Below are positions 63,601 through 64,000 of a stretch of DNA of 64,000 bases, piece after piece. A program made the position numbers and the translations under genes. The stretch covers positions 39,014,724 to 39,078,723 of the forward strand of contig NC_068981.1 in the NCBI RefSeq assembly GCF_001194135.2, written 5' to 3'. This DNA is from Octopus bimaculoides. Its lineage: Eukaryota. Under the pieces are notes generated by a model. The model did not search any database. It was not told the origin of the DNA and saw only the letters and a program-made list of their open reading frames with translations. How positions within the stretch are numbered: position 1 is the stretch's first letter; every line of letters begins with the position of its first letter.

Positions 63601-64000
63601 AGAATATCTATGTGAATAGAAAAAGAGAATCAACTGGACTAAATGCAATTCTATTTTAGGAATTCATTAGTGAGCAAGTACCCATGCCAAATGTTCATGA
63701 CAACATTGCATATAAATTCATTGTTATAGTTGTAAATATTTTGTTTGTATATAAGTATCCTTGTGAATAGAAGTAGAGAATCCAGTTGGATGAATTTCAA
63801 TCTTGCAATGGGATTTCATAGTGATATTAGAATAACTGAGAAAGAATTAGTAAGAGCAGAGAGAGAGAGAGAGAGGAACTAATATCAACTGAGAGAAGGA
63901 ATAGTAAGGATAAAGGAAGTACAAACAATAGAGAAGAAATATGTAGACACATAAAGAAGTATTTGTAGGATAGATAAAGGAGGTAGTAACAGTAGAATAT

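Overview
AT-rich, repeat-saturated animal genomic DNA with seven N-gaps (2720-2879, 4191-4200, 7114-7123, 13723-13993, 21862-21871, 44869-45324, 50586-50831). The SINE families, (TA)n/(TG)n/(TATG)n load and gap style suggest an octopus assembly; this is an inference. No host protein-coding gene can be supported. Almost all supplied ORFs are microsatellite or gap read-throughs, antisense artefacts, or decayed transposon pieces. Contents: seven decayed mariner/Tc1-superfamily copies or fragments (three with both TIRs and TA TSDs), a 5'-truncated RTE LINE with a PHD-like finger inside the RT, a Neptune-type Penelope-like element (PLE) remnant, several MITEs, and about 30 copies of tRNA-derived and RTE-tailed short repeats. 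The most notable signal is a set of PLE-type minimal hammerhead-ribozyme (HHR) folds in four distinct repeat families. One is a tRNA-headed SINE with an HHR-bearing tail, inserted with a PLE-like inverted copy and a verifiable 10-bp TSD (15046-15491). Another is a family whose two copies share a non-canonical core (CUGU[U/G]GA). All ribozyme calls were folded by eye, are CpG-decayed and are untested.
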